From the human T2T-CHM13v2.0 reference genome, Homo sapiens, in the NCBI RefSeq assembly GCF_009914755.1, contig NC_060928.1: DNA of 64,000 nt, one strand, 5' to 3'. Under the pieces are notes generated by a model. It was not told where the DNA came from. It did no database searches and saw only the letters and a list, made by a program, of their open reading frames with translations. This document shows positions 45,549 through 62,019 of the stretch, piece by piece (position 1 is the stretch's first letter; every line of letters starts with the position of its first letter). The position numbers and the translations under genes are program-made.

Positions 45549-45938
45549 TGTTAATCTTATGAATTCTTTTTTCAGTGTCCCAAATTCTTCAGAGAAACTA
45601 CTTCGCCAGTAATAATATAATTGCTCTAAAACTAGATTTAGAATATTAATGAAAAGATGTGCTTTGATAAGTATAACAAAACATGGTGAATTATGCTGGC
45701 TTCCTATTTTTTAATTGTAGGAAGGTAAACTATTATTAATATTTATGGACTATTTCCTATCTTTTCAAAGGTTTTGTTAGTCTCACAATGCTGCAGCCAG
45801 AGAAGTAGGTGACATGTATTGTTAATGCATATGCAAATTATTCTAATGGAGTGTAATCCCATTTGTCTTTTGTGCTGTGTTTGTGCTTTTTTGAATCCAC
45901 ACAATGTCACACCTATGGAGGGAAGCTGTTCGGTTTAG

Positions 45939-46337
<399 letters not shown>

Positions 46338-46530
46338 TAAAATTCCACAACAAATAATAAAACCAAAATACCTAACCATGCTTGTACTTTAAAAATAAGA
46401 AGAAATGGAAGCTCTCCTCTCTGTCCACCCTGCTGCCATCCTCCCTCTCCTAATCCAGTCATTTTTCCCTTCAGGAAATAATCTGGACTAGAAATATGTC
46501 CAAAATACGTCCTAAGAAAAACTGAATTCT

Positions 46531-46835
46531 GGCCGGACATGGTGGCTCATGCCTGTAATCCCAGCACTTTGGGAGGCTAGGGCGGGAGGATCACCTGAGG
46601 TCGGGAGTTCAAGACCAGCCTGGCCAAAATGGTGAAACACTATCTCTACTAAAAATACAAAAAAATTAGCTGGGCATCATGGCAGGCATCTGTAATCCCA
46701 GCTACTCGGGGGGCTAAGGCAGGAGAACCACCTTGAACCCAGGAGGTGGAGGTTGCAGTGAGCCAAGATCACATCACTGCACTCCAGCCTGGGTGACAGA
46801 GTGAGACTCTGTCTCAAAAAACAAAAACGAAAAAC
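46531..46835 (+). mobile_element. AluS
   Basis: TSD gaaaaact(g/t)aattc. Confidence 0.9.
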
Positions 46836-47024
46836 TTAATTCCAGTGGAGGCTTTCTGAAGACTCTTGGTGATAAAGGGTCCTGTTGACTCTGGTGAAAA
46901 TGCAGGTCAAGACTTTTCTAGTGCATTTCTTGCCAGCATCACTGAATTATTCAAAACAATTGGGATTCAAATATTACAAACATATCAATTTATACTTTTT
47001 ACCATTATTTCAATAGCACTTTTT

Positions 47025-47580
47025 TTTAGTTGCATGTGACAGAAACTTCAACTAGTTCAAGCACAGAGGGCATATACTATAGATGCTGTATGCTCATATA
47101 GCAGTGAAGGCAGGCGTAGAAGAGAGCTGCAGGAACAAGGAGCTCAGGGAATGAAATGGGCACAATGACTTCAGGACCCTCTCCTTGGCACCATCTTTCT
47201 CTTATTCCTAGTTGTCTGCTGAGTTCCATTCTATAGAAGGCTCTACTTGAGAAGATGAGGTATGGCCACAGAGAGCCCCAAGGTTACATTTATCAGTTAT
47301 TCATTCAAGAAGAGGACAAGCCACTTCCCTCCAATTTGGGAAGTTCTGGGTACAGAATTCTTATTAGTCTGGCTTAGAGTGCAGCTTCACCTTGTGAAGT
47401 TATCCTTATTCTAAGGGATAGTAGGAATATAAGTGACCCACCATGATCCTGGGGTGGTTTTTGCAGTGAGTGGGGCAATGTGTAATGGAGCACATGTTTT
47501 ACAATCTCAACAGAAGCAGGAGGTTGACCAGAAGAAGGAGGATATTGAATCTGGGAGGCAGATGAAAATATTAACTATAC
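47025..47580. mobile_element. Degenerate MLT1-type LTR
   Basis: agttgcatgtgacagaaac start; heavily diverged. Confidence 0.4.
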
Positions 47581-47609
47581 AGTCCATTATATTATTCATG
47601 TTAAGAATT

Positions 47610-48030
47610 TGTATCAACCAGAGACCCTCATAACATGAGGTAAGATGGGACACTCACATTAGGGATTTTCAAGAGAGCTTAATAAAGAGACTATTTACAA
47701 GGATGCAAGGGGGATGTGGGGAAACCACAGTGATGCAATTTCTTGGGGCTGGTAAGAGCAAGGGCCTTACCAATCTGAAGTCTGGTCAAGGATGGAGCCC
47801 TTGCCCTCTCACAGTGACCACCTTAGGGAGGGACATGGGGAATAAATACTTCAAACTCTTGCTGTCCTTCTCTCCCATCTCCTGCTGATGTACTCTATTA
47901 GTTGAACCTGCCTAGAAGCAAGCAAACAACAGAGTCCATTGATGTAGTCCTTATAGGTCAGCCTACCAGTGCAGGGACGAGAGTGGAAATGGGTGGTGAT
48001 CTGGAGGGTCAAACAGAAAATTTGCAGCAT
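47610..48030 (-). mobile_element. ERVL LTR (LTR33/LTR67-like)
   Basis: aataaagagactatttacaa...gatgtagtccttataggtcagcct...gatctggagggtcaaacagaaaat. Confidence 0.6.
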
Positions 48031-48849
48031 GGCCTTATTTACCTACAGACAGATACACATGCATATACATGTACATTTCATGTGACAGAAACAACCATGT
48101 AACCGAATATTCAATTTAGTCATATACATAAATATGTCAATGAGATATTATCCGTGATATTCAAAGATTAACTTGTCATCAAGTATTGTGTAAACAAAAT
48201 CTAAAGGTTATTATTTTCCTTTAACATTTTTTTCTAACCATACTTTAAAATACCACTGCATTGTATTGGATCATTTTGTAATTGTGTTTCTATAATGATG
48301 AGAGATTTCTAGTAGATGAGTGGCCTGGAAAAAATTCAAAGAGACAGCGTGGCATAATGAAAGCTTTTAGAGGTGGGCCAACTTGGATTTGAATCCTGTG
48401 TGATAATCTTGGTCACTTTAACTTCATCTGTGCCAACAGCGTGTAGGACAAAGCAATCATATCTGGTGACAGGATGTGTCATAGACCAATACTCAGGGAC
48501 TTCCACTATGCATAAATCACCAACATTCACATTTTTAGATCCAATTAAAATAGTGATGCCATGACTATCAAGCATCAAGCAGAACATAATTTGACTCATC
48601 TTTTTTTTTTTTTTAAATTCTGAAAGCTCTTCAGTATTTTGTAATGAGGGCTCACAGTTTACAGTGATGAACATCCATGAGCATTGGATAATGCTAAAAC
48701 TTTTGCTTCACCATTTACAGCAGAAAAAAAACCCTGGCTGGTGGCACTAATTTTTTTTCCATGTAATCAAGAAGATTTTGCCACTAACTAGGCCTTTAAA
48801 CCAATAGTTGGCTTTTAGTTTCTCTAATGATGGGGACGGTGGTGATGAT

Positions 48850-49050
48850 GAGGATGATGCTGACATTTATAGGGTACTGTGTACTATGTGCTTCACACAT
48901 GTTAATTCTCCCAACAACTGTGAGTCAGACACTATTGTCCCGATTTTACAGGTGAAGAACTTGCAGCTCAGAGGGTTATTAAAACAAGATCACACTTCCA
49001 ATAAGCATTAAAACTTATCCTCAAACCTTGGTCTGTGTCATTCTAACACT
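48850..49050. mobile_element. MIR fragment
   Basis: caacaactgtgag...attttacaggtgaagaac...gctcagaggg. Confidence 0.65.
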
Positions 49051-49464
49051 TTCACTGATGGCTAAAGATTACCAACTCCCAAAAGATTGCTCTTTTGACC
49101 TATAGTTTTAATTCTGGGTGATAAGTTTACTCTGTTATTATTATACAGCATACAGCAAGCTATAATTAATTTCATGGTTACTTCTATTTTTGTAACTGCT
49201 GTTTTGATTTCTATTAGTTGAAATATCTATCTATGTAATGTCTTGTTACTAGAATAGTAATGGGACAACCAGCATATCATGAAAAAACCCAGCATATTAT
49301 GAAAAGCATTTTATTTTAAATGCCTAATAAAAGCATGTTATTTTCATTTACAGTTTGAATACATGTTCACAATTTAAAATATAGGAAAAGTAGGGGTAAA
49401 GTCCTGATGTCCATTTTTTAATGGTAATAAACAGTAATAAATACTTTAAAACATACTTAAACAA

Positions 49465-49644
<180 letters not shown>

Positions 49645-49652
49645 TAAACAGA

Positions 49653-49946
49653 TTTTTTTTTTTTTTGAGATGGAGTCTCGCTCTTGCCCAGGCTGGAGTG
49701 TAATGGTGCCGTCTCGGCTCACTGCAGCCTCCACCTCCTAGGTTAGACCGATTCTCCTGCCTCAGCCTCCCGAATATCTGGGATTACAGGCACCTGCCAC
49801 CATGCCTGGGTAATTTTTGTATTTTTAGCAGAGACAGGATTTTGCCATGTTGGCCAGGATGGTTTCGAACTCCTGACCTCAGGTGATCTGCCCACCTTGG
49901 CCTCCCAAAGTGCTAGGATTACAGGCGCGAGCCACTGCGCCTGGCC
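49653..49946 (-). mobile_element. AluS
   Basis: Antisense dimer. Confidence 0.9.
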
Positions 49947-49959
49947 TAAACAGATTTTC

Positions 49960-50256
49960 TTTTTTTTTGAGACAGAGTTTCGCTCTTGTTGCGCAGGCTG
50001 GAGTACAATGGTGCGGTCTCGGCTCACCACAACCACAATCTCCGCCTCCCAGGTTCAAGTGATTCTCGTGCCTCAGCCTCCCAAGTAGCTGGGATTACAG
50101 GTGCCTGCCACCACGCCTGGCTAATTTTTGCATTATTAGTAGAGATGGGGTTTCTCCATGTTGGTCAGGCTGGTCTCAAACTCCTGACCTCAGGTGATCT
50201 GCCGCCTCGGCCTCCCAAAGTGCTGGGATTACAAGTGTGAGCCATCACACCTGGCC
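49960..50256 (-). mobile_element. AluSq/Sp-like
   Basis: gtttcgctcttgttgc, gtttctccatgttggtcagg. Confidence 0.9.
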
Positions 50257-51586
50257 CAGATTTTCTTTTAATGTGTTTTTCTTAGGAGGGTTTTTCTTGG
50301 GAGGGAAGGTTAGCTTCTTTGGTTTCTAACCCAACGTTTGAGGTTAGTAATACTTTCTTATAAATTACTCTCATTATTTAATAAGATGGCATGCTTTATA
50401 AACCCAGCTGTATTAGAAATGTATAATCAAATTTTTCTTTTACACTTTTAAAATTTATTGAAAAATTTCTTTCCTTAAAGCAGATGTTACCAAACTCAGG
50501 AGACCAAAGTCCCATTGGTTAATTCATTTCGAACTCAGTGTTAAAGCATGATACAAAGAGATCTTTAATTACCTAGAAAGAAACTCTTAGGTAACAGAGT
50601 GATGATGACTAATATACTGGAAACAAAATGAAAACAGAAGCTTTCAATTTAATGGAACAAAGTAATATCCTGTCAAATAAAGTACTGAAACTGAGATATG
50701 TAAACCAATGCTATTACGGTAGCAAACAGGTGGCACTTTCATTTTCTTTTCCAATTACCAAAGAGGGGATGTAATCAAGAGTCTCAAGTTTATATATAAA
50801 TAACATAGAAAAAAAGGCAAGCTACCTCTAAAAATCATATTTTTAAATGTGAAAAAAAGCAGAGGACTGGGGAGACAGATATTTGAAAGTTAAATCTAAA
50901 CTTTGATTTTATTTTTTTGATTTTGCTTCAAAAATTAAATGGAAAGTAAAGGGGGAAAATCGGAAAGAACAGCATACAAATAATGTTTGTTAAAGAAAGT
51001 TTTCAGTGTATTATGTATTTTACGTCATGATTCCTGTGCAGTCATGAGCACCAAAGCTTGCTCTGAGATCCAGAACAGTGCCTGGCTTTGTAGTACATCT
51101 CCAATAAATATCCCTTAAATAAATAAATAAATCCCCAAGCAATTGGCAGGAATCCAGACTAGAACTTGATAGCACTAGTTCTACACCAAGTTTCTGAATT
51201 TCGAAAAGATGAGAGTGCGGAGTTCCTACTGGCATGGAAATGGCTCTGTCCTAAGGGCAAATAGTGCCCCAGTGGAGAAACACTGAGGGCTTCAAGACTT
51301 CCTCTACTCAAATGCCAATATTTTTCATATAAGCACTTCACTAAGTTGGTCAGCACTTTTTATCTTAGGCTGAATAAATTTGAGAGAACCTTCCAAAGCC
51401 TGGGTATTTAATGGAGAATGGCTGAGGGTTAGAAGGTGAAGAAAGCTTGATGACTGCATGGGTGGATTGTAAGGAAAGACATGGGATTGTGTGGGTGGAT
51501 TGTAAGGAAAAGCAGGAAGTAAAAAGACAAATTTCTCACTTGACATTGGAGATAGAGGTGGTCCTACACAACTTGAACATTACCTA

Positions 51587-51969
<383 letters not shown>

Positions 51970-51978
51970 TTAAAACAC

Positions 51979-52346
51979 TGTCATGGTGTGTTTGTGTCCC
52001 TCCCAAAATTCATGTGTTGACATCCTAACCTCCAAAGTGATGTTTTTTAGAGGTGTGGCCTTTAGGGAGGCAATTAGGTCATGAGGGCTCCACCCACATG
52101 AATGGAATTAGTGGCCAAAAAAAGAGACTCCAGAGAGCTTCCTTGCCCCTTCCACCATGTGAGGACACAGCAAGAAGCTGCCTTCTAAGAAATCAGGAAA
52201 CTGATCCTCACCAGACACCGAATCTGCTGGTGCACACCCTGTTCTCAGGCTTTCTAGCTTCCAGAACTGCGAGAAATAAATTTCTGTTTTTTATAAGCTA
52301 CCCAGTTCCAGGTATTTTGTTATAGCAGCCTGAGCAGGCTAAGACA
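51979..52346 (+). mobile_element. MLT1A-type MaLR solo LTR
   Basis: TG...CA ends; ccaaaattcatgtgttga, ccatgtgaggacacagcaagaag, gaaataaatttctg, ttgttatagcagc...ctaagaca. Confidence 0.88.
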
Positions 52347-53016
52347 AATATACTGATTTCTGTTCAAGAAGTCTTCTAGTCAAGAAGACTTGGGGTTTTT
52401 GTATTGGCTGTTTTCATGGCAAATTGTTTGGTTTTACCAAGCCAGAGATCAACCATATATTTAAAGCACAAAAATTTGGAATCCTGAATTTCATTTGGTT
52501 TCTGCTTTAATTTGGTGTTCTATGTGAGTTCTATATTTGGCACATGAAAATTGTCACAGGATATTACTTTTTACTTTTAATCACCTTTTGGTTTTGATTG
52601 TTCTTTCCTGCTTTTAATTAGATTTTTAGTAATAGGAAAAATGGGTTTGAGGAGAGTGTTTTTAAAAAACACTAATGCATTCTCAAGCTGAAAAAAAAGT
52701 AAAAATAGTAAAGCATTTTAATTTTAATTGTATTATTTATGTTACCTATGAAGCACTTCTCTAGCATTTAAATCCCACCTACAGTCTCAAAATGATCTTT
52801 TGCTTTATTCCATCATCTCCCATTATTATCAAATAATCAAATAATAATAAAAAGTGTCAAATAATAATAATGGGAAATGGGAATAATAGTGAGAATCCCA
52901 GTTGTCTTTTGGCATGTCTTGATGTACAAAGTGACTGTACAGACTTTTTCTCTCGCCTCTAGAAGCTTACAATCTAGAAAAGATATATGCGTTCTGATAC
53001 ATGCACAACAAAGACT

Positions 53017-53330
53017 TTATTTATTTATTTATTTATTTATTTATTTTAAGATGGTCTCACTCCATTGCTCATGCTGGAATGCAATGGCACAATCACGGCT
53101 CACTGCCACCTCGAACTCCTGGGTTCACGTGATCCTCCCACCTCCACCTCCCAAGTAACCAGGACTATGGGCACAGGTTACCACACCAGGCTAATAAAAA
53201 AATTTTTTTTGTAGAGACAGGGGTCTCCCTATGCTGCCCAGGCTGGTCTTGAACTCCTGAGCTCAAGCAGTCCTCCTGCCTCGGGTCTCAAAGTGCTGAC
53301 ATTACAGGCATGAGCCCCTCATTGAGCCCC
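53017..53330 (-). mobile_element. AluJ
   Basis: Antisense dimer. Confidence 0.85.
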
Positions 53331-53535
53331 TTAATTGATTCTTGAGCTAATTCATAAATGGGCAGTAACTTATTGTGACATATAGATTAAAGCAGCGATT
53401 CCCCATTATTAACACTTTTGGTATCTCCTCATATGAGTGCCCCCCACCATCTATTTCTATTTCTATATGTATATATAGCTATACCTCTTTTTAAAAAACA
53501 ACAAAATTGGGCTATCATGGTAAATTCAGGTGTGA

Positions 53536-54149
<614 letters not shown>

Positions 54150-54219
54150 GATTTTTTTCTTACTAAGCATATTGTGAGCAATACTCATGTTATTAAATAA
54201 TTTTGAGAATGTAATTTTA

Positions 54220-54540
54220 GGCTGGTCATGGTGGCTCATGCCTGGAGTCCCAGCACTTTGGGACTGCAGGCAGGAGGATTGCTTAGGCTCAGGAGTTCAA
54301 GACCAGCCTAGGCAGCATTGGGAGACCCTTGTCTCTACAAAAAATATAAAAATTAGCTTGGTGTGGTGGCGCACTCCTGCAGTCCTAGCTACTTCGGAGG
54401 CTGAGATGAGATCACATGAGCCTAGGAGGTGGAGGTTGCAGTGAGCCATGTTTGCTCTGCACTCCACTGCACTCCAGCCTGGGTGACAGAGTGAGACTCT
54501 GTCTCCAAAAAGAGAGAGAGAGAAAAAAAAAAAAAGAAAA
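54220..54540 (+). mobile_element. AluJ
   Basis: Dimer. Confidence 0.85.
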
Positions 54541-54794
54541 TGTGATTTTAAAGCTGTATTTTATTCTATTGCTTTAACATAATTTATTTAATAAGCCCTT
54601 TCTTGTTGAATATTAAGATTGTAACCACCTTTGCATTATTATAAACAGTGGTACAGTTAACTCTTATTTACTTATAACTAAATTTTAGAAGTGATATAAT
54701 GAGTCAAGGAGGGCCTGGAATTCTGTGTACAGATTATTGGATTCTTGATTTTCTCATATTTTCCCATCCAGACTCTGCTGAAACTCAACACTTA

Positions 54795-55331
<537 letters not shown>

Positions 55332-55613
55332 TTATCAAATATGAACCTGGAAAAAATGAATGGACTGAAGACTGAGAATAGGAGGTTAAGAAAGGCATTT
55401 GATGACAAGCTGGGAGTGCTGAAATATTATCTTCAAATAAATATTAAGCAATTTTAGAAAAAAAGATGCTCAATTACTTTTTCACTAATGTAATTAATCT
55501 GATCATAATTAGAAACTACATTGCAAAAACCATTCTGGTTATATATTGGCAGGTAAATAATCAATTCAATTCAACTACTTACCTATTTCCTATGTTTGAA
55601 ATTAAACTATTTG

Positions 55614-55750
55614 GGCCAGGTACATTGGCTCATGTCTGTAATCCCAGCACTTTGGGAGGCTGAGGCAGGAAGATGGCTTGAGCCCAGACTGGTCTCAAAT
55701 TCCACAGTGAGATGCCATCTCTACAAAAAATACACACATACAAAAAGAAA
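55614..55750 (+). mobile_element. FLAM
   Basis: Left-monomer-like. Confidence 0.78.
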
Positions 55751-55933
55751 TTTAAGTTTTGGATTTCTCCAGTCTCCTTGGTTTGTCTTAGTGCCTGACA
55801 GCATAATCAGAGCTGAGTTTATTGGCTCCTAGTATTTTATTAGATTTCTATTTAAATGTAGGTTTTGGTGTTTATTAATCATTTGGGAGATAGATTCACA
55901 ATGCTGCAATTTTCTCATTTAAAATGTGTGCTT

Positions 55934-56266
<333 letters not shown>

Positions 56267-56772
56267 TTAGGTGTGCACATCAAAGTAAAACTATGAATAG
56301 GCCATGCCTTGGGAGATTAAATGCTGCCGATTTCTCACTGTCAGAAATTGCCTTATTTCTTTCACATTTCACTAATTCAGTTGAGTCCCTTGTGTATCCT
56401 AGTCATACATTATGATGTAATTTTTCAGGTAAAAATGCTCTGTTCTTCCAGAAATCATCTTTTCTGAAGATTCTTTCAACTTTGTTTAAAACCATAGCCT
56501 TGAGGAGCAGTCACATTTTGAAAATATGTCAGTTTTGCCATACCCATCATCCTTTTCATTTCTGGGGAAACTATGAAAACTAGGAAGCTATGAAAACTAG
56601 GACAAGTTGATTTTAATTAATATTCTCATAATTCTCTCTAGAGTGAATTGTAATTTCCATTACTTTAAAAGTGCTTCTGGGACCCCAAGAGACAACATTC
56701 CCCAGCTTAACTACAGAGTTACAAGTAAGTATAGTAAATATTAGTATGGTATTGTGATTTAAGAAAATTGTT

Positions 56773-57095
<323 letters not shown>

Positions 57096-57743
57096 TTACA
57101 TGTTGTGTTTTATGAATTTGTTAGCAATCTATAAATTTAATAATATGAATGCGGATGAGTTATCCGTTATCCTTTTGTATGAGATAAGGAAGTGTATTTA
57201 GAGGACAGGTACAGTTACAAAAGTTACAGACTACCTCTGTAGAGCATAGAGCAATCGTTTAATTTGGTTATATGTAGGGCGAAGCTATCACATGTATTTG
57301 TGTTAAAAAAAAAAATAAAATGAAAAACTTCCTGCAATCATGGAAAACAGAATAGGGCTTGATACTTGAGTGTTAAACAGGTTTGCAATCACCCTGAGTA
57401 ATCTAGCAGACAATCCACCACCCACCCTATTATATAAGGAATCATATTTAGTTTTTTTTAAAAGCATATGTTTAAATTTAGACACTTTTTTGGCTGATGC
57501 ACTCTTGCAAAGTTGTCCTTGAATAGGAAAAGGTAACTTACCACAGTCACAGCACACAGCCATTGTTCCTGGTTGCACACCTTGTTCCTGGTTGGGGCAG
57601 GTGCCCCCAAATCATGCTGGATTGTCTTTCCATGGTACCCTCATGGCTGACCAGGCCTGGATACAGACTCTTAGAAATCTTAATGCTGACAAAATTATGG
57701 TGCACCACCCCCCCCATATTCAATTCTCAATAAAACAATGCTA

Positions 57744-58037
57744 TTTTTTTTTTTTTTTTTGAGACAGAGTCTCGCTCTGTCGTGCAGTGGTGTGACCTCA
57801 GTTCACCGCAACCTCTGCCTCCCATCTGCAACCAATCAAGTGATTTTCCTGCCTCAGCCTCCCGAGTAGCTGGGATTACAGGCATGCACCACCACGTCTG
57901 GCTAATTTTTGTATTTTTAGTAGAGATGGGATTTCACTATGTTGCCCAGCTGGTCTCAAACTCCTGACCTCAGGTGATTCACTCACCTTGGCCTCCCAAA
58001 GTGCTGGGATTACAGGTGTGAGCCACTGTGTCCAGTC
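57744..58037 (-). mobile_element. AluS
   Basis: Antisense dimer. Confidence 0.87.
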
Positions 58038-58250
58038 AAGTAATGCTAATTTGTACGGTAGAGTCCAACAACTTCTGATTTTTCTTTTAATGATATTTAA
58101 TTATTTCATTGAATTTCTTACGAATTGTACTGTTAATGTGATTAGATAAAAAATGTTTTCATCAGTAGGAAGTACGTGCTGAAATATTTTGAAGTTTAGT
58201 GTCGTGATGTTTGGAACTTGCAAATTCTTTAGTAAAAAAGACCCTATGTG

Positions 58251-58252
<2 letters not shown>

Positions 58253-58285
<33 letters not shown>

Positions 58286-58372
58286 AGAGAGAGGCAGAGA
58301 CAGAGAGAGAGACAGACCAACAGACAGAAAGACAAAGAGAGACAGAGATGGGCACAGACAGAGACAGAGAGA
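58253..58372. repeat. (CA)n followed by (GA/GACA)n
   Basis: Directly visible. Confidence 0.93.
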
Positions 58373-58499
58373 TGGACCGAAATGTGGTAAAATATGTATG
58401 ATTTTTTTCAAATTTTCTGTAGGGGGGAAAAACACATAATCACTAAAATTAGAATGCCAAGTATCAAAAGAAGCATAGTTGATAAGTATTTTGTGTAAA

Positions 58500-58824
<325 letters not shown>

Positions 58825-59784
58825 TAGATAAACGGATTTACAAAAGCACACAGACATAAATTCAATCAACCTCAGAAGTCACTGGACAAAACGCCAAGCC
58901 AATTACTTTCTAAAGAAGTCCAGCCTTTAAAAACAAACTATCTAGTTTCTTTTGATGAATTTTTTCTTCTACAACTTTAGCTTTCTACCAACTCAGAACC
59001 TAAGAATCAATAAAGCAATATTTCTTACACTGCCTTAATCAAAAATAGGTGTTTTCTTCTTTTTTTCATCCAATTAGTACAACTTAGTGACTGTTCTATG
59101 CCAGGGCTAGTGTTGGGCTCTGAATATGCAAAAATAAAAAGACAAGGGCCCCGTCCTCAAGTTCACAGTCAATTGGTGAGGCAGATTTTTGACACATAAT
59201 TACAGTATGATGTAAAAAGCATTATAATAATGGTATGTATAAGCTGCTATGGGATCATGGTTTAAGAAGCCTTAATTTATCTGATGAGAAAGGAAGGAGG
59301 TGATAAATCAGGTTATAATGATACAATAATAAGTAATAATGGCAACAACAACAATAATAATAGTGGTCATACACCGGGCAAGTCCTAAATACAACAGTTA
59401 TAGAGGGGTAGGTAAGGGTTGACAGTTGGCATAAGCCAATACAAATTACCAGGTAGGGAACAGGCCCAGGATATGGCAATACAAATCTTGGGTAAAAAAT
59501 GCTAGCAAGTCTACCTGGCTAGAACATTTTTGCCATTGCCACAAACTCCCTTCGCACATATTTCTCATATGTCATCTAGCTAATATTGCCTCCACCCGAA
59601 AGAGGCCTTGAGGCTCACAGGAGGTAGGTATGCATTTTGCCTCTGGAAAAACAGCTGGTGTGTGGCAACATAGAATCTAGGTTAGAACTCAGGTGTCTCA
59701 GACACTTGCTCCATTTAGTATGTAATGCCACCTGCCCACAGACCTTTGCTTAGGAGAGTCTTTAATAAAAGAGGAGTGGGAAGT

Positions 59785-59924
59785 TCAGCATCAGGGCTTG
59801 TACCTGTAATTGCAGCTACTTGAGAGACAGAGGCAGGAGGGTCTTTTGAGCTCAGAAGTTTGAGGCCAACCTGGGTAGCATAGCAAGACCGTCTCAAAAA
59901 AAAAATAAATAAATAAATAAATAA
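59785..59924 (+). mobile_element. FLAM/FAM monomer
   Basis: Diverged monomer, (TAAA)n tail. Confidence 0.75.
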
Positions 59925-60453
59925 AGGTGGAATTGGGAGTAGGAATTTCACAGGTGAACCAAGGAGAAAAGAGAATTGTAGTCAGGAGGTGCATATGCAA
60001 AGCATTAAGGAATTAGAGAGTTTGGCAAATTCTCCTAGACGCAATTAATTATTAGGCATAATTGGAGTAGAAGGTATTAGAAGAAAAAACTAAATAGTCC
60101 TACCTGCCAGAACACAGGGCTCTTGAATATTATGCAAAGGGAATTGTACTTTATGGAGTAAGCATTGGAAAGCCACTGAAAGACCTTAAGCTTTGGAATT
60201 CCATGATCAGATTTGGTTTTTAGAAAGATGACTGTGCAAAGGCCAGACAGACTCTAACAAGAAGGGAGTCAGCCAAGGGCAAGCACCAAGCAGGGGTTGA
60301 GTCTGCACTGTGACTGGAGGCACCTGGCAGGATAAAAAGGTCTTACCCTTTGCCTGTATTCTCTACATAATTTACAGTCCTTCTTTCAACATGACGAAAT
60401 GTATCATTTTTCCAAAATAATCATAAAAACCATCATGCCAACATGTTATTTTA

Positions 60454-60630
<177 letters not shown>

Positions 60631-60999
60631 CATAACATATTTAAAAGGTATCATTTTTGCAAATGGTGCCCAGGGAAGCAATGGTTTCCTCTACTACTTC
60701 CAGCAATGCTTCTCCTTAAATGGCATTTTGGAGGGATTAAAGACAGAAAATAAGGTTTAGGAGAAAGAATGCCTGAACTAGGTCAAAGACAGTAGGAATG
60801 GTGGTGGGGAGGATTGGCCTTGTGATTCAACATAACTTGATAACTGATTGACTATGGGGCCAAAAATGAGAAAGTGTATCAAAGATGACCCCTTGTTTTG
60901 CCTGAGCAGCTGGGTAGATGGTGGTGTGAGATATGGGAATATTTGGAGAGAAGATTTTGGAAGACAGATGCTAAGTTTAAATTTGAACATGTTAATTTT

Positions 61000-61685
61000 G
61001 CATTTGGATGCCAAAATTGTTTCAGCACCACTTATCAAAAGATTGTCCTTTCTCTACTGCACCTTTCTAAGAAATCAGTTGACCATATTTTTGTGGGTCT
61101 ATTTCTGGCCTTTCTATTCTGTTTCATTGGTCTATGAGTCTATTATTTTGCTAATAACGCACTGTCTTGATGAGTGTAGCTTTATAGTAAACCTAGAAGT
61201 GGGGTGATGTGGATCCTTCAACTTCATTCTTTTTTATCAAAAGTGTTTTGCTGGGGGAAGGAAAGGAGCAGGGAAGGGTTGAAAAACTAACTGTTGGGCA
61301 CTAAGCTCAGCACTTGGTGATGGGATCATTCATACCCCAAACTTCAGCATCATGCAGGTAACAAACTGGCACATGTACCCCCTGAATCTAAAATAAAAGT
61401 TGAAAAAGAGAGAAAAGTGTTTTGCCCTTCTATATGAATTTTACAGTTGGCTTGTTAATATCTATAAAGAAACTTGCTAGAAGTTTGATTGAGATTGCAT
61501 TGATTTGATAAATCAAATGGCAGAAAACTGACATCTTAATAATATTGAGTCTTCTAACCCATAAACATGGTATATTTTTCCATTTACTTAGACATTTTAA
61601 ATTTCTTTATAAGGGTTTTATAGTCTTCTGAATACAGATCATGCATTTATTTTGTTATATTTATCCCTAAGTACTTCATTTCTTT
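61000..61685 (-). mobile_element. Old L1M ORF2 fragment
   Basis: ttcagcaccactt, tgggtctatttctgg, tgtagctttatagtaa, aatattgagtcttct. Confidence 0.8.
61252..61412 (+). mobile_element. Short L1PA/L1PB 3'-end insertion
   Basis: gggttgaaaaactaactgttggg...gcacatgtaccccctgaatctaaaataaaagttg; TSD aaaagtgttttgc 61239-61251/61413-61425. Confidence 0.85.
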
Positions 61686-62019
61686 TTGCTGGACTTTTTG
61701 ATTTTGAGGTGTCTGTATAAGTCTATTTGCAGATGTGGGAAAATAAATATAGAAGTCTGGAGGTCTAGGGTGTCATTTAGGATAAAATTCAAGTTTAGTG
61801 TAGTCACATTTCTCAGAACGTGTCAGATTTTTCATGGACAAAAAACAGAGAAGAAAATAGGGCTGAGGACTAAGTCACCTTAATCACCAAATCACCAACA
61901 AATGGTTAATTATGGCACTTGATGTTCTAAGTTTAAGAAATGAGTCAAGGAAGACCCAAGAACCCCCAAAATCAGATGGTACCAAAGAGTATGTGTCTAG
62001 ATGCTGACTCTGGGAACAT

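Larger units (their letters stand above)
60745..61880. mobile_element. L2 fragment split by L1 insertions
   Basis: caaagatgacc...gcctgagcagctgggtagatggtg before ~60995; resumes ttgaggtgtctgt...gggctgaggactaag after ~61690. Confidence 0.65.
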
